64,000 nt of DNA from Candidatus Omnitrophota bacterium. GTDB taxonomy: Bacteria; Omnitrophota; Gorgyraeia; Gorgyraeales; Gorgyraeaceae. This document shows positions 45,240 through 55,389 of the stretch, one piece after another. Position numbers and translations under genes: made by a program. Below the pieces are notes generated by a model. That model searched no databases. It worked only from the letters and a program-made list of their open reading frames with translations, and had not been told where the DNA came from. Numbering within the stretch: position 1 is the stretch's first letter; each line of letters starts with the position of its first letter. The stretch lies in NCBI GenBank assembly GCA_042572045.1, contig JBHPFI010000002.1:28245-92244 (forward strand), in the 5' to 3' direction.

Positions 45240-47267
45240 TTAAACAGAAGATGCGTCTTCTGTTTCTTGTTTATCTAAGGCCTTTTTCAAAGCCCCTTCT
45301 GAAATAGCCCCGTCTTCAACCAGTATCTCGCCTATTTTCTTTTTCTGCGCCTGTTTCTTCGGAATAGTAAAATAAAAAGTGGCCCCCTTGCCAAGCTCAG
45401 ATTCAATCCAGATGCGGCCTTGATGGTCATCAACGATATTCTTTACGATGCTCAGGCCAGCTCCGGTCCCTTCATATTCTTCTTGCTTATGAAGTCGTTT
45501 AAATATTCCAAATATACCTTCGTGGTATTTTTTATCAATGCCTATACCATTATCCTTCACGTAGAATTCATACACATTGCCTTTATCACTACATCCCACT
45601 TCTACCACCGGACTGACATCTTTGAGCTTTGAAGAGAATTTTATAGCATTATTGATCAAATTTAAAAACACCTCTCCCATCTTGATACGGTCGCAGATGA
45701 GGACAGGAAGATCCTCAGTAATCTTTAATTCTACTTTGTGTTTCTTGATATCAAATTCGATTCTATCGATAACTGATTTTACCAAATCGCCTATATTAAC
45801 GTCTTCAAAAGGATTTTTGATCCTGCTAATCCTGGACAAAGTCAAAAGATCATCAATAAGCTCTGTCATCTTGTTAACGCCTGCGCGGATCCTCCCCAGA
45901 TAACTCTTCCCGTCTTCATCGAGTTTATCCGTATAATCCTTTTCTATAAAAGTGGCAAATGCGTCGATCCCGCGAAGTGGCGCCCTGAGATCATGTGAAG
46001 CTGTATAGACAAAACTATCTAGCTCATGATTAACCTTTTCCAAGAGTTTCTTCTGTTCTTCCAATTCGAGTCTTTTTTGTTCTATGCTGGCATTGGCCTC
46101 AACAAGGCTATCGGTCATTTGGTTGAAAGACTGAGCCAATTCTCCGATTTCATCCTTTGCTTCTATCTTTGCCCGCGCTGAAAGATTACCGCTGGCAATC
46201 GTTCCGGAAATCTCCATAAGCTCCTTAATGGGGCTGGAAACAGACCGCGCTATAAGAACGGCCATGATCACAACCATGACCAAGAGTCCCAAGCTAATCT
46301 TTAACAGCGTATTTCTTAATTGCTTTGCCGAGGCGAATACTTCAGATGTATCCATCTTTACAACCATGCCCCATCTAAAAGCAGGTATATATCTTCGTAC
46401 GGTCAGCGTCTCTTTGTTTCGATAATCAATAGACATGCCAAAACCTTTTTCTCCCTTAAGGGCCTTCTGCATATCTATCTCTTCCTCCGATCCAATAATT
46501 ACAGTTCTTTCAAATGCTGCCTGGGGGTCAAATCTGAGAGGGGTAACAAACACTAGCTCATCTTTTATCCTCGAAGCTATCACTGTTTCCCCTGTCTCGC
46601 CTAAGCCCATATAGTCCGCTACAAGCTCACAAACTCCCTCGTTACCCATCTGGAGCGCAACTATGCCTATAAGATCGCCTCCTTTAAAAACCGGCGCAGC
46701 AATAAACAAAGCTGCCTTCTTAGTCTGTGGATAGTACTCAAAATCAGATATCTCTGTCTTCAAGGATTCCTTTGATTTGATAAATACCTTTGCCAATTCA
46801 GAATCTTTATATAGCGCTACCTCATAAAGTGAATGAAGGTCTTTTGTCCCTTTTGTCGAAAATATCATATCCCCATCAGGACGAATAAGAAAAAGACCCT
46901 GGTAATCAAATGATTTTTGATAATACGTTAAAAATGGTCCAAATTCCTGATTAACATCGATATATTCCTGAGAATACGCCTCATTATTAAAGGCGGTTTC
47001 GAATCTCTCTATGGCCTCAATAATATCTGAAGTATGCGACAATCTGGTGGCATTTTTCTCTTTTTCGCGAAGGTACGCCTCGACCTGGTTGGTCTTATTG
47101 TCAGCAAGCGCACGAAGGGTGTTTGTTACTTCCTGCTCTAAGACCTTCTGGGAGCTATTATAGCTTATATAGGTTGCAATAATTAAAGGCACTAAGGAAA
47201 TGACCAAAAACCATAAAACAAATTTGGCAGTAATCCGAAGGTCTTTAAAATGTTGAAGATTAAACAT
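45240..47267 (-). CDS. Cache/HAMP sensor histidine kinase
   Basis: 675 aa. TM1, an extracytoplasmic Cache-like domain of about 270 aa, TM2, HAMP, H-box SHDLRAPL, and an HATPase_c domain (NAIKFS, DNGIGI, GTGAGL). Confidence 0.85.
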   Translation of the reverse strand: MFNLQHFKDLRITAKFVLWFLVISLVPLIIATYISYNSSQKVLEQEVTNTLRALADNKTNQVEAYLREKEKNATRLSHTSDIIEAIERFETAFNNEAYSQEYIDVNQEFGPFLTYYQKSFDYQGLFLIRPDGDMIFSTKGTKDLHSLYEVALYKDSELAKVFIKSKESLKTEISDFEYYPQTKKAALFIAAPVFKGGDLIGIVALQMGNEGVCELVADYMGLGETGETVIASRIKDELVFVTPLRFDPQAAFERTVIIGSEEEIDMQKALKGEKGFGMSIDYRNKETLTVRRYIPAFRWGMVVKMDTSEVFASAKQLRNTLLKISLGLLVMVVIMAVLIARSVSSPIKELMEISGTIASGNLSARAKIEAKDEIGELAQSFNQMTDSLVEANASIEQKRLELEEQKKLLEKVNHELDSFVYTASHDLRAPLRGIDAFATFIEKDYTDKLDEDGKSYLGRIRAGVNKMTELIDDLLTLSRISRIKNPFEDVNIGDLVKSVIDRIEFDIKKHKVELKITEDLPVLICDRIKMGEVFLNLINNAIKFSSKLKDVSPVVEVGCSDKGNVYEFYVKDNGIGIDKKYHEGIFGIFKRLHKQEEYEGTGAGLSIVKNIVDDHQGRIWIESELGKGATFYFTIPKKQAQKKKIGEILVEDGAISEGALKKALDKQETEDASSV

Positions 47268-47298
47268 GACTCATCTCTCGTGTTCTGTATCTATTACG

Positions 47299-47327
47299 AT
47301 TATACCCTTAGGGACAATAAATCCCAA
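47299..47327 (-). promoter_or_regulatory. Promoter of the Cache-HK / response-regulator operon
   Basis: Minus strand TTGGGA, a 17-nt spacer, then TATAAT, about 30 nt upstream of the ATG at 47267. The -35 lies in one arm of the hairpin at 47319-47347. Confidence 0.55.
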
Positions 47328-47463
47328 GCAAAATATGCTTGGGATTTATCCTGATATCCAAAAACAATCCCTGTTCTCGACTTTTACAATCATAACAGGA
47401 CATTATAAAGAAATTTACCATGCTTTCTATGCGCTGTCAAGACCACGACGCATAAAAACATTG

Positions 47464-47553
47464 CTAACTTGATACGTGAGATTGCGCCACCCGCCAGAGG
47501 CGGATTATTCGCCTGCGGCGAATAACTTTTGTCATTGAGAATTCCTCAAGTTA
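47464..47553 (+). repeat. 43-nt-type element carrying an insertion of about 50 nt with two GC-rich hairpins
   Basis: CTAACTTGAtacg [insert] TTTTGTCATTGAGAATTCCTCAAGTTA. The insert holds the hairpins CCGCC-AGA-GGCGG and TTATTCGCC-TGC-GGCGAATAA. Confidence 0.75.
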
Positions 47554-47589
47554 AAAGACCCTCTGCAATCTAGTCAATTACAGAGGGTC
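47553..47589 (-). terminator. Intrinsic terminator-like hairpin after the repeat-protein gene
   Basis: Minus strand GACCCTCTG, a 15-nt loop, CAGAGGGTC, then CTTTTAA. 48 nt downstream of the stop at 47637. Confidence 0.5.
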
Positions 47590-47636
47590 AAAAATTTGCT
47601 CTTTTCGGCACACTTACTCATCAAACTATTATATCT

Positions 47637-48566
47637 TTACCTTCGTGGACTACGCCCACCGCCTCGTTTGCCTCCACCTTGTTTGCCGCCACCTCGAGGG
47701 CCTCCTTTAGGGCCTGGAGAATTGCCCTTCCCGAATCCCTGTCCAGCGCCTGGTCCACCTTTTGGCCCTGGAGGGTTTATTGGCGGCTTGCGGTCTGGAA
47801 GCGGGCCTCGATCCCTTATATCTTCACCCCTATCCCTGATATCTTCTCTGCGGTCACGAACATCTTCTCTGTGATCGCGCATATCTTCTTTGCGGTCAAG
47901 CATATCTTCCTTTTTATCCCAAACATCTTCCCTCTTATCCTTTTCGATGTTCCTCTGTAATACTCTTATTTGCTTTCTAATCCTTGCCTGTTCTGCAGAA
48001 TCTGTAGCGCTTGATAGTTGTTCCTTTAAATTATTAAGCCTTTCAGATTTTTTTCTATCATCTCTTGCGTCTCTAATATCTTCTTTTCGATCCCATGCAT
48101 CCTCCCTGCGATCCCGTACATCTTCCTTTCGGTCCCATGTATCTTCCCTGCGGTCTTTGATATCTTCTTTTCTATCATAGAAATCTTCTCTGCGATCAGC
48201 TCCTGCAGGAGATGGGCGTAAGTCTACACCTGGGCCGCCTTCTGGTCTTGGCGATTTATCTTTCCAAGGCCCACGCCTTACGCCTGGACCATCTTTTGGC
48301 CCTAGGGGATTACCCTTTCCGAATCCTTGACCAGCGCCTGGACCTCCTTTTGGTCCTGGCAGATTGCCTTTTCTAAATCCTTTGCCTGTCGTCGGACCGC
48401 CTTTGGGACCCTGCGAGCTGCCTTTTTTGAATCCTTTCCCTGCCTTTGGGCTGAGCTTCGGCCCTGAAGGACTGCCTTTACGTTGAGCGTAAGACATTGT
48501 TGTTAAGAAAAACACCGCGCATATGGATAAACAAACTATTGCCATAGTTCTTTTTTTGATATTCAT
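47637..48566 (-). CDS. Secreted low-complexity repeat protein (GPKGG/GKGF repeats flanking DRxEDxx heptad arrays)
   Basis: 309 aa with a signal peptide ending SYA|Q. Internal repeats are conserved at the protein level with synonymous DNA divergence, e.g. GPKGGPGAGQGFGKGN occurs twice. GGAGGAG lies upstream of the ATG. Confidence 0.7.
   Translation of the reverse strand: MNIKKRTMAIVCLSICAVFFLTTMSYAQRKGSPSGPKLSPKAGKGFKKGSSQGPKGGPTTGKGFRKGNLPGPKGGPGAGQGFGKGNPLGPKDGPGVRRGPWKDKSPRPEGGPGVDLRPSPAGADRREDFYDRKEDIKDRREDTWDRKEDVRDRREDAWDRKEDIRDARDDRKKSERLNNLKEQLSSATDSAEQARIRKQIRVLQRNIEKDKREDVWDKKEDMLDRKEDMRDHREDVRDRREDIRDRGEDIRDRGPLPDRKPPINPPGPKGGPGAGQGFGKGNSPGPKGGPRGGGKQGGGKRGGGRSPRR
47805..47939 (-). 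repeat. 21-bp tandem repeat array (heptad DRxEDxx), distal block
   Basis: Encodes DKREDVW DKKEDML DRKEDMR DHREDVR DRREDIR DRGEDIR. The periodic ATCTTC..CGGTC pattern is visible on the plus strand. Confidence 0.85.
48051..48197 (-). repeat. 21-bp tandem repeat array (heptad DRxEDxx), proximal block
   Basis: Encodes DRREDFY DRKEDIK DRREDTW DRKEDVR DRREDAW DRKEDIR DARDDRK. Confidence 0.85.
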
Positions 48567-48597
48567 CTCATCTCCTCCCTTCTATATTATAGACCTA

Positions 48598-49293
48598 CTA
48601 TACTCGTCGATATACAACTTTAGAAAAGATAATACCGATTTCATATAAAACCAACAACGGCCCTGCCATCAGACATTGGGTAATTACATCCGGAGGGGTA
48701 AGGATGGCTGATAGTATAAACATGCCAACTATTGCATGTTTTCTTTTCTTTACTAAAAACACAGGCGTAACTATGCCAATCTTTGTGAGAAAAAGCATTA
48801 TTAAAGGGAGTTGAAACACAATGCTAAAGGCAAACGTCAAAGTTCCCACAAAAGAGATATATTTATTCACGCTTATCATAGGACTTATAACATCTGTAGC
48901 GAATCCTAAAAGAAAATCCATGGCAATAGGTAAAATTACAAAATAACCGAATATAGAACCCCCTACAAAAAGAAGAAAGGATAATAGGGCGAATACAACT
49001 ACATATTTTCTTTCTTTTTTCTCTAATCCCACTGAAATAAATTCCCAAATATGGTAAAGGATATAGGGGGAAGAGAGGTATAATCCACCTAAAAAAGCTA
49101 TTTTGATATTCACTATAAAGGCTTCTGTGGGAGCTATGAATATAAGCCGCTTTACAGGCCTAACAAGCATGAAAAGGAGGGCATCTATGTTGCCGTAAAG
49201 CACGCAAGATACAACGACTATAAATACAAGCGACTTTAATATCCTTGTCCTGAGTTCTTCTAAATGTTCGACTAACGTAATGCGTGTATCCAT
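48598..49293 (-). CDS. tatC: Twin-arginine translocase subunit TatC
   Basis: 231 aa with six TM helices. N-terminal TLVEHLEELR motif and C-terminal SAILTPPDV motif. Confidence 0.9.
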   Translation of the reverse strand: MDTRITLVEHLEELRTRILKSLVFIVVVSCVLYGNIDALLFMLVRPVKRLIFIAPTEAFIVNIKIAFLGGLYLSSPYILYHIWEFISVGLEKKERKYVVVFALLSFLLFVGGSIFGYFVILPIAMDFLLGFATDVISPMISVNKYISFVGTLTFAFSIVFQLPLIMLFLTKIGIVTPVFLVKKRKHAIVGMFILSAILTPPDVITQCLMAGPLLVLYEIGIIFSKVVYRRV

Positions 49294-49350
49294 AATATAA
49301 TATATTTTATCTCTTTCTTAAGACTGATTCAACTAAAGAGTTGCGTCAAC

Positions 49351-49392
49351 AAAAAAATGCCTCTCTTTTACCTGCGACATAAAAGAGAGGCA
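49351..49392 (-). terminator. Rho-independent terminator after thi4
   Basis: Minus strand TGCCTCTCTTTTA, a 9-nt loop, TAAAAGAGAGGCA, followed by T7. 35 nt downstream of the thi4 stop. Confidence 0.85.
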
Positions 49393-49426
49393 CCAGAAGC
49401 TTTGGTCCAAAAATACGGCTAGGGCT

Positions 49427-50866
<1,440 letters not shown>

Positions 50867-50870
<4 letters not shown>

Positions 50871-51652
50871 TCTACCCTCTTTAATTTTTCTATTTTCTCT
50901 CTGTCCAGATTATAAATATTATCGAATAGCCTTTCTTTAAATGTGCCGGGCCCGGCGCTATCTTTACAAGCAAACTCTGCTGCGATCTCATAGCATGTAA
51001 GTCCGGCAGTAGCTGCCTTGGCTAAATCCTTTTCAACAGCGCTAAATGTGCCTATCACTGAAGTAGCCATGCACCCGGTCCCTACCACATGGCTCATCAT
51101 GTCGCATCCGTTTTTAACAATAAAATGTTTGTCCTTGTCAGCTATTACATCTTCTTTTCCAGTTATAACTACAGTAGCGTTTCTTTTAGCCGCAAGGTGC
51201 ATTGCCAGTTCTATTAAATCCTTTTCAACTTCGCTGGCATCTACTCCCTTTGTCTGCACATTTTCTCCTGCGATCCTGGCAACCTCTGAGGCATTACCTT
51301 TTATAATATCTATTTTTGCATCTTTGAGTAGCTCAAAGGATTTCTCATTTCTTAATCTTGTAGCGCCTGCGCCGCATACATCCAGGGTAACAGGAATGCC
51401 TTTTTTATTTGCGGATTTTGCGGCTCGCTTCATTGAGTCAACAAAATCAGGGGTCAGCGTACCTATATTAAGGACGAGACTGGACGCCAAGCTCACCATA
51501 TCCTCAACCTCTTCTATCGCATGAGCCATCACAGGCGCAGCCCCAAAGACCTTTACAATATTAGCACAGTCATATATCGTGACCCAGTTTGTGAGATGGT
51601 GCACCAGAGGTTTTTCTGCTCTGACTCTTTCCAAAATGCTATATATATCCAT
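50867..51652 (-). CDS. thiM: Hydroxyethylthiazole kinase
   Basis: 261 aa. PLVHHLTN, LDVCGAGAT and VVGTGCM motifs. Preceded by a TPP riboswitch. Confidence 0.9.
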
Positions 51653-51663
51653 CGGTCTCTCCC

Positions 51664-51805
51664 TAAATAAAAAACCCTATGCTAAAACATAGGGTTCCAT
51701 CTAATACTGGGTTCTTTTCCCTACGCTGGCATTATCCAGTTCAGGTTCGTCGGGTAATCCGTTCATTCACGGAACTCTCAGGCCGGCCGCGACCTCCCCA
51801 TTGCT
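51664..51805 (-). promoter_or_regulatory. TPP (THI-box) riboswitch with a terminator expression platform
   Basis: The minus strand contains CCTGAGA and ACCTGAACTGGATAATGCCAGCGTAGGGAA, matching the THI-box consensus. It is followed by the hairpin AACCCTATG-TTTTAG-CATAGGGTT plus TTTTATTT just before the thiM RBS. Confidence 0.9.
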
Positions 51806-51811
51806 CGTTAT

Positions 51812-51840
51812 ATTAAAACACACCTGTATTCAACTGTCAA
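51812..51840 (-). promoter_or_regulatory. Promoter of the thiM-thiE-thi4 operon
   Basis: Minus strand TTGACA, a 17-nt spacer, then TTTAAT, immediately upstream of the riboswitch. Confidence 0.6.
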
Positions 51841-51860
51841 TATCAATATAAGATAGAATG

Positions 51861-52223
51861 CTATTCAGAAATAGAACAACTTTCTCCAGCCTTCTTGCAT
51901 TCTTCTATGACATCTATATCGGTTTTACATTTAGGGCATTTAATCATGCATTTTCTTTCGATTTTTGCCATGTATTTTTCGGGGTCTTTTTTAAAAGCAT
52001 CTATGCAGCCAGGGCAACAAAATCCTATCATCTTTCCGTTGTGTTCTGTTTTATACGGGGTATCTTTGCTAACCGCGCCTGCCATAACAGGGCAAACAGC
52101 GTTGGTTACCTCACCCTCTTCATTAGAATCAACTTGACACGCGCCGCAATCTGCAAACACAATACCAGACAACGCAAAAGATACAAACAAAACCAGCATT
52201 GATAATACCATAAGTTTCTTCAT
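51861..52223 (-). CDS. Secreted Cys-rich YHS/TRASH-domain metal-binding protein
   Basis: 120 aa. Signal peptide and a CPVM...GFCCPGCIDAFKKDPEKY YHS-like core, plus extra CGAC and CPKC pairs. 3 nt downstream of cusA. Confidence 0.7.
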   Translation of the reverse strand: MKKLMVLSMLVLFVSFALSGIVFADCGACQVDSNEEGEVTNAVCPVMAGAVSKDTPYKTEHNGKMIGFCCPGCIDAFKKDPEKYMAKIERKCMIKCPKCKTDIDVIEECKKAGESCSISE

Positions 52224-52226
52224 ACA

Positions 52227-55200
52227 CTATCTCCTTTCTAGAGTTTTTTTAAGCTGTCTTTCCTTGATCCAGCAATATAGGACTGGGACCAAAATCAAAT
52301 TTGAAAGTGTCGCGGTTACCAGGCCTCCCACTGTCGGAGACGCCATAGGTTTCATGATCTCAGAACCTGTGCCTGTTGAAAGCATAACTGGCAGCAATGC
52401 TATAATCGTCGTCATAGTAGTCATCATTGCCGGCCTTAGCCTTAAAAGTCCGCCTTCTATAACAGTTCGGCGAACGTCTTCTATGGTCTTCGGGACCTTT
52501 TTCCTGAATAAATCGTCTAAGGTCGAAAGCAGTACCACGGCATTATCAGTTGCAATACCGAATAAAGCAATAAATCCCACCCACACAGCAGTAGAAAATT
52601 TAAAGCCCAGGATGAATAATAGAATAATACCTCCCATAAGAGAAACGGGTATGCCTGTAGACAAAATAAATAAAGTGCTGAACTTTTTAAATGCCATATA
52701 AAGTAGGAGCAATATCACGCTCAGCGCTATCATAAGCGATGGTATAAGTTTCTTCCGCGACTCCATCTCTGAGGCGAACTGGCCTGACCAGGAAATAAAA
52801 TATCCCTGAGGGAGCTTTAATTCTCCGCTATCAATCTTTTCCTTTACTGCCTTCTGTGCCGCAGCTACGAAATCTATCAGGCCTATTCTTTCCTGATCAA
52901 CATTCACAAAGACCCTTGCGTAAGTCTGGGTATCCTCTGAATTGATAACTGCCGGACCAGGCACCTTCCTTAAAGTCGCGACTTGCGTTAAAGGTATGTG
53001 CTCGCCACCTGGCGTCGGAATAAAAATCCTGTTTAATGCCTCAGGTGAATCTCTTAATTCTCTCAAGTATCTGACCCTTACAGGATATCTCTCTCTCCCT
53101 TCAACTGTAGTAGTCAGATTCATCCCGCCTATTGCTGTCATGATAATATGCTGAATATCTCCGACCTTTACGCCGTATCTGGCTAACTCTTCCCTGTTTA
53201 TCTCTATTTCAAAATATGGCCTATTAGACGTGCGCTCGGCATACGGACTGACCGCGCCGGCTACCTGGCTTACTATGCCTTCTACCTTAACGCCTATTTC
53301 AACTATCTTGTTTAAATCAGTCCCAAAGACCTTGATGCCCACTGGCGTCTGTATGCCAGTGGCCAGCATATCAATTCTATTTCGTATTGGCTGCGTCATT
53401 ATCGGGCTTACGCCAGGCATCTTGGTCTTCTCCTGAATCTCCCGAATGAGTTTTTCCCTGGTCATGCCTTTTCGCCAGAATTTTCTGTCTTTAAGATGTA
53501 TGATACTTTCAATCATAACTACAGGCGCGGGATCAGTTGCTGTTTCTGCCCGGCCCAACTTACCCACTACCCACTCTACCTCTGGAAATTCATTCTTTAT
53601 AATAATATCCTGGGTTTTCATGACCTCCATTACCTGCGTCAGAGATGCCCCTGGTAAAAGAACAGGCATGAATAAAAGGTCTCCTTCGTTCAAAGGAGGC
53701 ATGAATTCCTGATTCATCATAGAGCCGCATAATAAACCTATCACTATAATCGCAATAGAAATAAAAACTATTATTCCCTTATGCTCAATGGACCACTTTA
53801 TAGCGGGATTGTACCCTTTATACAAAACCTGGGCTGTTCTGTTTTCTTCAACCGGCCGCAATCGCCCTCTCAAAAAATAATAACAAAGTGTGGGCAGAAG
53901 CATGAGGGCGATTATAGCAGCGCCAGCCATGGCAAATGTCTTTGTAAATGCGAGCGGCGTAAAGAGCTTGCCTGCCTGGCCTGTTAAAACAAAAACAGGG
54001 ATAAACCCTACGATGGTCGTGAGAAGGGCAAAAAGAACGGGTTTTCCCACTTCCTGCGCCCCGGCTATACAGACACCTAGCCTTTCATCAGGCTCAAGCT
54101 GCTTCCCGCCCAGTTCCTTGACCCTCGTAGCTAATCTTCTATAAATATTCTCGACCAGCACGCAGCCAGAATCCACCATGACGCCTATGGCTATTGCGAT
54201 ACCTCCCAAAGACATAATATTGGCATCCACGCCAAACCTCTGCATTAATATAAAGGAAAGGAGCACACCTATCGGTAAAACCATGGATATAACCACGCTT
54301 CCTCCAAAATGCAGCAAGAATACAAGTATGACAAAAACTGTGATTATAATCTCCTGAATTAGAGCACTTTTTAATGTATTAATGGCCCGCATGATAAGGT
54401 CTGTGCGGTCATAAAAAGGGATTATCTTTACGCCTGGAGGAAGACCTACTGATAATTCTTCTATCTTTTTCTTGATGCGCTCTATGACCTTAAGCGGATT
54501 CTCTCCGTACCTCATAAGAATAACGCCGCCTGTGACTTCTTTTCCTTCTTTATCCAAAGCACCTCTACGAAATTCAGGACCTATTGTCACGGTCGCGATA
54601 TTCTTTACATATATAGGTATACCCTCTTTAACCCCTACGACAATGCTCTCTATATCAGAAACCTTTTTTATAAAACCAATACCGCGGATAATGAACTCTA
54701 CGCCTCCTTCTTCAAATACCTTTGCTCCTACATCTATATTAGACTTCTGGACAGAGCTTATTACTTCATGAATTTTAATATCGTGCGCAAGAAGCTTATT
54801 AGGGTCTATATCTATCTGGTACTGCTTTACATATCCTCCGACCGAGGCTACTTCTGACACTCCTTCAACAGCAGTAAGTTGATAACGGACATACCAATCT
54901 TGGATTGACCGAAGCTCTGCTAAATCATACCCGTCGCCTTCCACTGTATACCAAAAGATCTGGCCCAGCGCAGTTGCATCCGGACCCAGCGTAACACTTG
55001 CGTCATTAGGAATATCTCTTTTAGCGAAATCCAACCTCTCCAACACCCTTGTCCTTGCCCAGTAATAGTCTGTCCCTTCCTTAAAAATCATATTCACAAT
55101 GCCAAATCCGAACGCAGAGGTAGAACGCACTACCTTAACCTTTGGCGTACCCATGAGTCCAGTTGTCAATGGATATATCACTTGGTCTTCTACGTCTCTG

Positions 55201-55373
55201 GGGCTTCTTCCAGGCCAGTCAGCATACACAATAACCTGGAGTTCGCCTATATCTGGGATTGCGTCTATTGGCGTCTCCTTCATTGAAGAAAAACCCCAGA
55301 CAATCAAAAGCGCAAAGGTCGCTATAACGAGAAATCTATTTTTTAGACAACTCTCTATAATTTTATTTATCAC
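52227..55373 (-). CDS. cusA: Heavy-metal efflux RND pump, CusA/CzcA family
   Basis: 1048 aa. 12-TM RND architecture and typical HME N-terminus (IIE..L.NRFLV). Sits in an operon with an MFP and an OMF. Confidence 0.9.
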   Translation of the reverse strand: MINKIIESCLKNRFLVIATFALLIVWGFSSMKETPIDAIPDIGELQVIVYADWPGRSPRDVEDQVIYPLTTGLMGTPKVKVVRSTSAFGFGIVNMIFKEGTDYYWARTRVLERLDFAKRDIPNDASVTLGPDATALGQIFWYTVEGDGYDLAELRSIQDWYVRYQLTAVEGVSEVASVGGYVKQYQIDIDPNKLLAHDIKIHEVISSVQKSNIDVGAKVFEEGGVEFIIRGIGFIKKVSDIESIVVGVKEGIPIYVKNIATVTIGPEFRRGALDKEGKEVTGGVILMRYGENPLKVIERIKKKIEELSVGLPPGVKIIPFYDRTDLIMRAINTLKSALIQEIIITVFVILVFLLHFGGSVVISMVLPIGVLLSFILMQRFGVDANIMSLGGIAIAIGVMVDSGCVLVENIYRRLATRVKELGGKQLEPDERLGVCIAGAQEVGKPVLFALLTTIVGFIPVFVLTGQAGKLFTPLAFTKTFAMAGAAIIALMLLPTLCYYFLRGRLRPVEENRTAQVLYKGYNPAIKWSIEHKGIIVFISIAIIVIGLLCGSMMNQEFMPPLNEGDLLFMPVLLPGASLTQVMEVMKTQDIIIKNEFPEVEWVVGKLGRAETATDPAPVVMIESIIHLKDRKFWRKGMTREKLIREIQEKTKMPGVSPIMTQPIRNRIDMLATGIQTPVGIKVFGTDLNKIVEIGVKVEGIVSQVAGAVSPYAERTSNRPYFEIEINREELARYGVKVGDIQHIIMTAIGGMNLTTTVEGRERYPVRVRYLRELRDSPEALNRIFIPTPGGEHIPLTQVATLRKVPGPAVINSEDTQTYARVFVNVDQERIGLIDFVAAAQKAVKEKIDSGELKLPQGYFISWSGQFASEMESRKKLIPSLMIALSVILLLLYMAFKKFSTLFILSTGIPVSLMGGIILLFILGFKFSTAVWVGFIALFGIATDNAVVLLSTLDDLFRKKVPKTIEDVRRTVIEGGLLRLRPAMMTTMTTIIALLPVMLSTGTGSEIMKPMASPTVGGLVTATLSNLILVPVLYCWIKERQLKKTLERR

Positions 55374-55389
55374 AACCTGCTCCTTTTAA

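Noticed and set aside
47266-47472. A 68-aa plus-strand ORF in the 369-nt intergenic region upstream of the Cache kinase.
   Set aside because: It has no RBS, it starts inside the kinase start-codon region, and it spans a promoter and a hairpin. Its composition is that of intergenic DNA.
47596-48180. Three overlapping plus-strand ORFs (92-96 aa) opposite the repeat-protein gene, including a Pro-rich one.
   Set aside because: They arise from the 21-bp periodic repeats, which keep several frames open. The minus-strand frame has a signal peptide, an RBS (GGAGGAG) and synonymous divergence between repeat copies, so it is the coding frame.
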